Assembly (NCBI GenBank): GCA_964428495.1
Contig: CAYRXY010000003.1
Span: 9,588 to 73,587 of the forward strand
Length of the DNA: 64,000 nucleotides
Direction: 5' to 3'
Source: an uncultured archaeon
GTDB lineage: Archaea; Aenigmatarchaeota; Aenigmatarchaeia; GW2011-AR5; JAHLMP01
Below the pieces are notes generated by a model. The model saw only the letters and a program-made list of their open reading frames with translations. It did not search any database and was not told where the DNA came from. Made by a program: the position numbers and the translations under genes. Below, one piece after another: positions 62,901 to 64,000 of the stretch; position 1 is the stretch's first letter; each line of letters starts with the position of its first letter.

Positions 62901-64000
62901 TTAGTTAATCAGAGCCAATTACCACCAATATCAGCAGAAACCGATTTAATTGAGGCGACACTTCATCCAGGAGAATCTAAACTATTCTCGTTATATCTTT
63001 CGAACAATCTCAACAAACCGGTTACGGCCCATATAAAAATACTTGGAAGTATTTGGCAGTTTGTCCAGTTAGAGAAGGATAATGTCACTATACCTGGAGG
63101 TGGTTCTGAATCTGTCCAGATGAAAGTCTACACATTACCAACAACACCTGTAGGAACATATACAGGCGATATCATAATTTCAACAGACAAGTATACAAGA
63201 ACGATACCAATAACGTTGATGGTTGTACCACCTAAAGAAGCTTTACTTGATCTAAAGGTCAATGCAATAACTAAAGAAGTTCCAATTAATGGAAGTTTGA
63301 AATACTATGTAACACTCTATAACTTGGGTACAAAGAAGAGATTTGATGTCACACTAATATACAGGATCAAATCTGCTACAACAGAGGAAATTCTTGATTA
63401 CAAAGAAGAGACTTTGGCAATAGAAACATCTCTTGCATTTGTCAGAGTTTATGATTTGTCTAAAGTAAAGGGAATAGTTCTAGGAAAATACTTTATTGAA
63501 GTAATAGCAAAATATGATAATAAAACAGCTAGTGCAGTAGACATATTCGAAATTAAGAAGCCGTTCTGGACCAAGGAAAGAATTATGTTGCTTGGTATAC
63601 TAGCAGCATTGATAATAAGCGTTTTGGTTGGTTGGAAAGGTAAACAGTACTATGACAAATGGAAGTTAAAGAAGATGAGATACTTACATCCCGTTGATAT
63701 GAAGAGTCTTCCAAAGGGTGAAGTATGGCTCGGTAAATTAGCAGAGATGAATGTAAGAGCTGAATTCAAGATGGATGATTTAACAACTCACGCAATAGTC
63801 GCAGGTGCAACAGGTTCCGGTAAATCTGTTGCTGCAATGGCCATTGCAGAAGAAGTATTGAAACAAGATATTCCTGTTGTCGTATTCGATCCAACAGCAC
63901 AATGGACAGGATTTGTAAGACCATGCAGAGATAAGAAGATGTTATCATTCTACAAGAAGTTTGGTCTAAGAGAGGAAGATGCAAGACCATTCAAAGGTAT
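53985..64000 (+). CDS. Giant (>=3338 aa, 3'-truncated) multi-Ig surface protein fused via one TM to a HerA/FtsK/VirB4-like (DUF87) ATPase
   Basis: ATG at 53985 with signal peptide MIKKIISAAILMLFILSTIAFS. The frame is open at every spot check, and the track reports no stop-terminated ORF in it. Repeated D[TN]TPP Ig-junction motifs, TM IMLLGILAALIISVLVGW (63582-63635), then HAIVAGATGSGKS (Walker A 63804-63827)...VVVFDPTAQW. Confidence 0.88.
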   Translation, partial: MIKKIISAAILMLFILSTIAFSLPISSSYIESGNSATVQMNSGSVFYGEVDAGQVVSWKYLKYQISGTGITAQAMVNVSDYENFASVKGSTGWFSINADGVLDIKELSSTFNLPYARYARFAIKGTGGAWQIDQSWLEISTGPDVFQPKTYSTTGTEKTTFNDGDNVVIKVNVTDPDGASDIGSVLINITDPNGVSRVINGVMSVDSSISYGKTYRYNFSTTNVNGTWSFTIVAKDSTEKTDSKAGSFVIVDTHAPTITLNSPANNDWTNNNKPTFYFTPDDYIDPVLDCSLYIDGNACGSTTADRGQQSSITSTCTLTVGAHNWYIKCTDDKGNTGQSSETWTINIDTTPPTYTWLSPLSGSWYKDGDSISIDVDVSDGTGVGINDGENCNVEIDDSTTSFTGTVTYSSATGKCTGTIKLNNPSNLAEGSNSHSITVSVPDKLDNVQTSSGLLISIDNTPPTITYVTLSDYDVQPGTTITVTTDGSDSLSSINTCHAYLDDDTNYGNGYLDDLGELGTDCSGPVTLPSVSNGIYYIVVRPVDNVGLSNTKASSALKIDSTSPSCLIKSIKEVSGTDYSYVSGTTIWYNNVSSGSFMVNVSASDDLAGVSRVVFPATTSSGTTDYSSPYNHTYTWSIGSSYSSTANVTCYDKAENSATTSFTITLDNTPPSDGSITYTDGYYTTKSVSISYSLGSDNVGGVGLNTATGRIERNSAPLSGGVCGSWSGWTTLLYDSDGTHVDETVQDNYCYQYIYRICDEVSNCKNYTSTNIAKVDSVLPTISYIEPPTETNNSIIHEPFIEVKVSTSDAGAGVDKITIYLYRADTKAGPYTLNATKTLYYSGQTSASLLANFTGLGDGFYKFNATVWDQAGNKQSTMTRTVSISLNPTNLTDLSYSCEDDCGWGEAWNFTANITDKDNNQRLNLTLQLFNRSGSGMWENIDSKIVYSNGDSFAETFSLDPAWTNIDSNKTREFRFMATDNWDATFYSDPITVDVKRDDVLLSITKGINEIVNRDDSTDYSNVTLEARLYDVDKDGYVAGENIDFLFLNANGWIKIGSSTTNGNGYAEFIWNPDCTISPLGEHQWSVNHSTSSLYKFTSNSSQVTIREKLHVTILQPTNGEIVHRNKIYQYLRASIADSCGNDLTSSSTIDWSTGAKGPSVEWSVPDQLGNFTITVNGSISDSFYDPGDSSVIVKIFGYSKTTDLQTYALWSHNETSAIKGEPVKINCNVNDEKDSPISSYPVNFSVFNSTGSLISSYVNYTNSSGVATWIWNTSGKSVETYTIKCSIDNIEDPQNQLYYSITSDYNQLQKSFDVKYQDRLLLETDNSWIYRNNTFNPHVATITAKFMKSYEDMQSGYIEFTYKNGTHIASCSADSSGTCSITYDESDSATPEEYLIKVGAAKDLDNFLDKNYTATSNISIEVRGKLSPVTLIKPISEAKFNKTNYINFSSSVEDENGNVVNANVSYILSGNNKGDFRIVKDVSSEETRWKIFNDLKPDSYSITVNATRPYYTGSSTLGSRSIYIYGFANVTNLTLDYPLYNAPTKVSCKVIDRDSSELPISKYNVSFWYEKLGIWTLIGSNLTDTNGTATMWWIPDIVGTTKLKCNISDQLKIFYYANPLASEVINDTVSVGDNESPEIHSFEKIGTTPLEANHQSLTFKANVSDNVEISSVRVEITGVESDIVILNPESIDDRGNGIYSIVYTPKKGGFHYATLYVNDTTNNTNSSESISFNVIGTANESMSITPTSVTTDDNITRDNPYNFTLNIIVNNTGSSDIINNGTMYNVNMSLDLPTGFTTKNITKICESVPVGGTCEWNPEIQVTNIVDLGTNTITINAKWNNPDNSISTDSKSISVDVLEHPEISIEPNPVIGTANHGETIEIPINVSNFGNTILYAIGSSCLTYTYPLNCSYITPSIPYSLNKNDTQSGNIVVKIPKGTDPKQYEWKLRINSTKYVNSYGEYVSCTSQGCYKDITVDVNVNEDKSWSISPNKTNLLVPIEDYRSINITLNNTGNVDRNWTISTSGCGNIIGLVVSHPQSIYVPKISSKIIPITIDATNAENGGNCTIIISFSNSSAEPQANSTVINLTVEDTPPNFNVQILPYDYIDMGKEDVTINATVGDNKLVIYDGINLTKPDGSTIVLVGKKSVSRPSDTMTHVILSSELDQPGEYKVKVYAWDNANPSKYNETIITFHVYPTTSLALKTNYTSTTMLNTVEVNGITAEDSKTVSVNVTINNTKRIGAYNVNLTGINGPLNKKFTLTPSSQYYNKIKIPPVISKVFNITIPAGTPPSGSTEYYVTFGARWENPDGTIDSTSTPFYIKVNPTKILEITSNSSTYTVPHASKKTINITLYSRGNAPIDNIKLSCVPVGLIDYCKNFSVSITPSSTSLGAGEKTIAKMTLNVPFTYPPGDYNIKIVANSSDLNDVVSLPLTIHVPVDTTWNLTPTQYNFTTGSGSYGYFYVNVSSYANVNLSFTTSYTNPNITASETTFTLKKGTLRLLKINYTAPELAENENERNITGNVTVSCTDCGPLQNQIQSSTLNANMRVLPFKLYIENIEPTNDIRAGDEIQAIVNVTFAGQILTDPKLVAFNAYIGDKPCETTSELFNISKWKVRFKAPTLPDGKNYTLRIEAIQLQYNARTPRYFNYIHYKDVTPPNITSVKTSFIEPQKPEEIYVNVTDNVKVDKVWIVIYHNGSVFGSFNLTNLTTNFVNSKWKWKSPALTLPGDYDVVIYANDTTGNIANLSTWFRVNQKVRIEGIVKDVKENPVPVELGIYKNTKAGIGSYMVTKIMNHTGSYNVSIPKGKYDITIKALGNEFTFRDVNVESNLTNITRVSDVDLSVVTSQLPLEGGQLLGAIGIEHNISYSSADVILNFSSENLIPGDLGLKNIEVYRCDDWDFDNQTCNGEWTKVENTEVDVANLLIKVPSTKLCAFVIVKPAVAPSTVTVPPQQPTSPGGGSTGISSQLEEALEKLVNQSQLPPISAETDLIEATLHPGESKLFSLYLSNNLNKPVTAHIKILGSIWQFVQLEKDNVTIPGGGSESVQMKVYTLPTTPVGTYTGDIIISTDKYTRTIPITLMVVPPKEALLDLKVNAITKEVPINGSLKYYVTLYNLGTKKRFDVTLIYRIKSATTEEILDYKEETLAIETSLAFVRVYDLSKVKGIVLGKYFIEVIAKYDNKTASAVDIFEIKKPFWTKERIMLLGILAALIISVLVGWKGKQYYDKWKLKKMRYLHPVDMKSLPKGEVWLGKLAEMNVRAEFKMDDLTTHAIVAGATGSGKSVAAMAIAEEVLKQDIPVVVFDPTAQWTGFVRPCRDKKMLSFYKKFGLREEDARPFKG

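Noticed and set aside
54614..63990. Short minus-strand ORFs suggesting a ~10-kb non-coding or degraded region
   Set aside because: They are shadows of the giant plus-strand ORF starting at 53985.
1..64000. CRISPR array, rRNA, transposase, integrase or inteins
   Set aside because: No regularly spaced repeats or diagnostic motifs seen; MCM and the other typical intein hosts are of normal length.

Overview
This is a gene-dense, AT-rich archaeal chromosome segment. The gene set (TBP, PCNA, MCM, aEF-1alpha/beta, Rpo7, CarS, Taw1, Dph5) and the BHB-type tRNA introns are archaeal. The compact genes, many pilin-like proteins and giant surface proteins suggest a DPANN lineage, possibly Aenigmarchaeota (inference). 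Bases 1-40.4 kb are mostly housekeeping genes plus five tRNAs, two of which carry introns; tRNA-Leu(CAA) has two introns around a 7-nt exon. At 40.4-44.3 kb, an AT-rich island after tRNA-Arg encodes a radical SAM enzyme, a split TPP-dependent (ComD/ComE-like) decarboxylase and a degenerate DAC/DisA_N-fold protein. The region 44.3-64 kb is a cell-surface locus. A type IV pilus assembly operon is divergent from a mucin-like protein, a pilin-signal Cys-rich adhesin and a giant ORF of at least 3338 aa that the ORF track missed (53985 to the window end). That ORF joins a ~3200-aa multi-Ig-like ectodomain, through one transmembrane helix, to a cytoplasmic HerA/FtsK/VirB4-like (DUF87) ATPase. It is the best candidate for an undescribed system. 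All family calls come from motif recognition by eye; no database searches were run.
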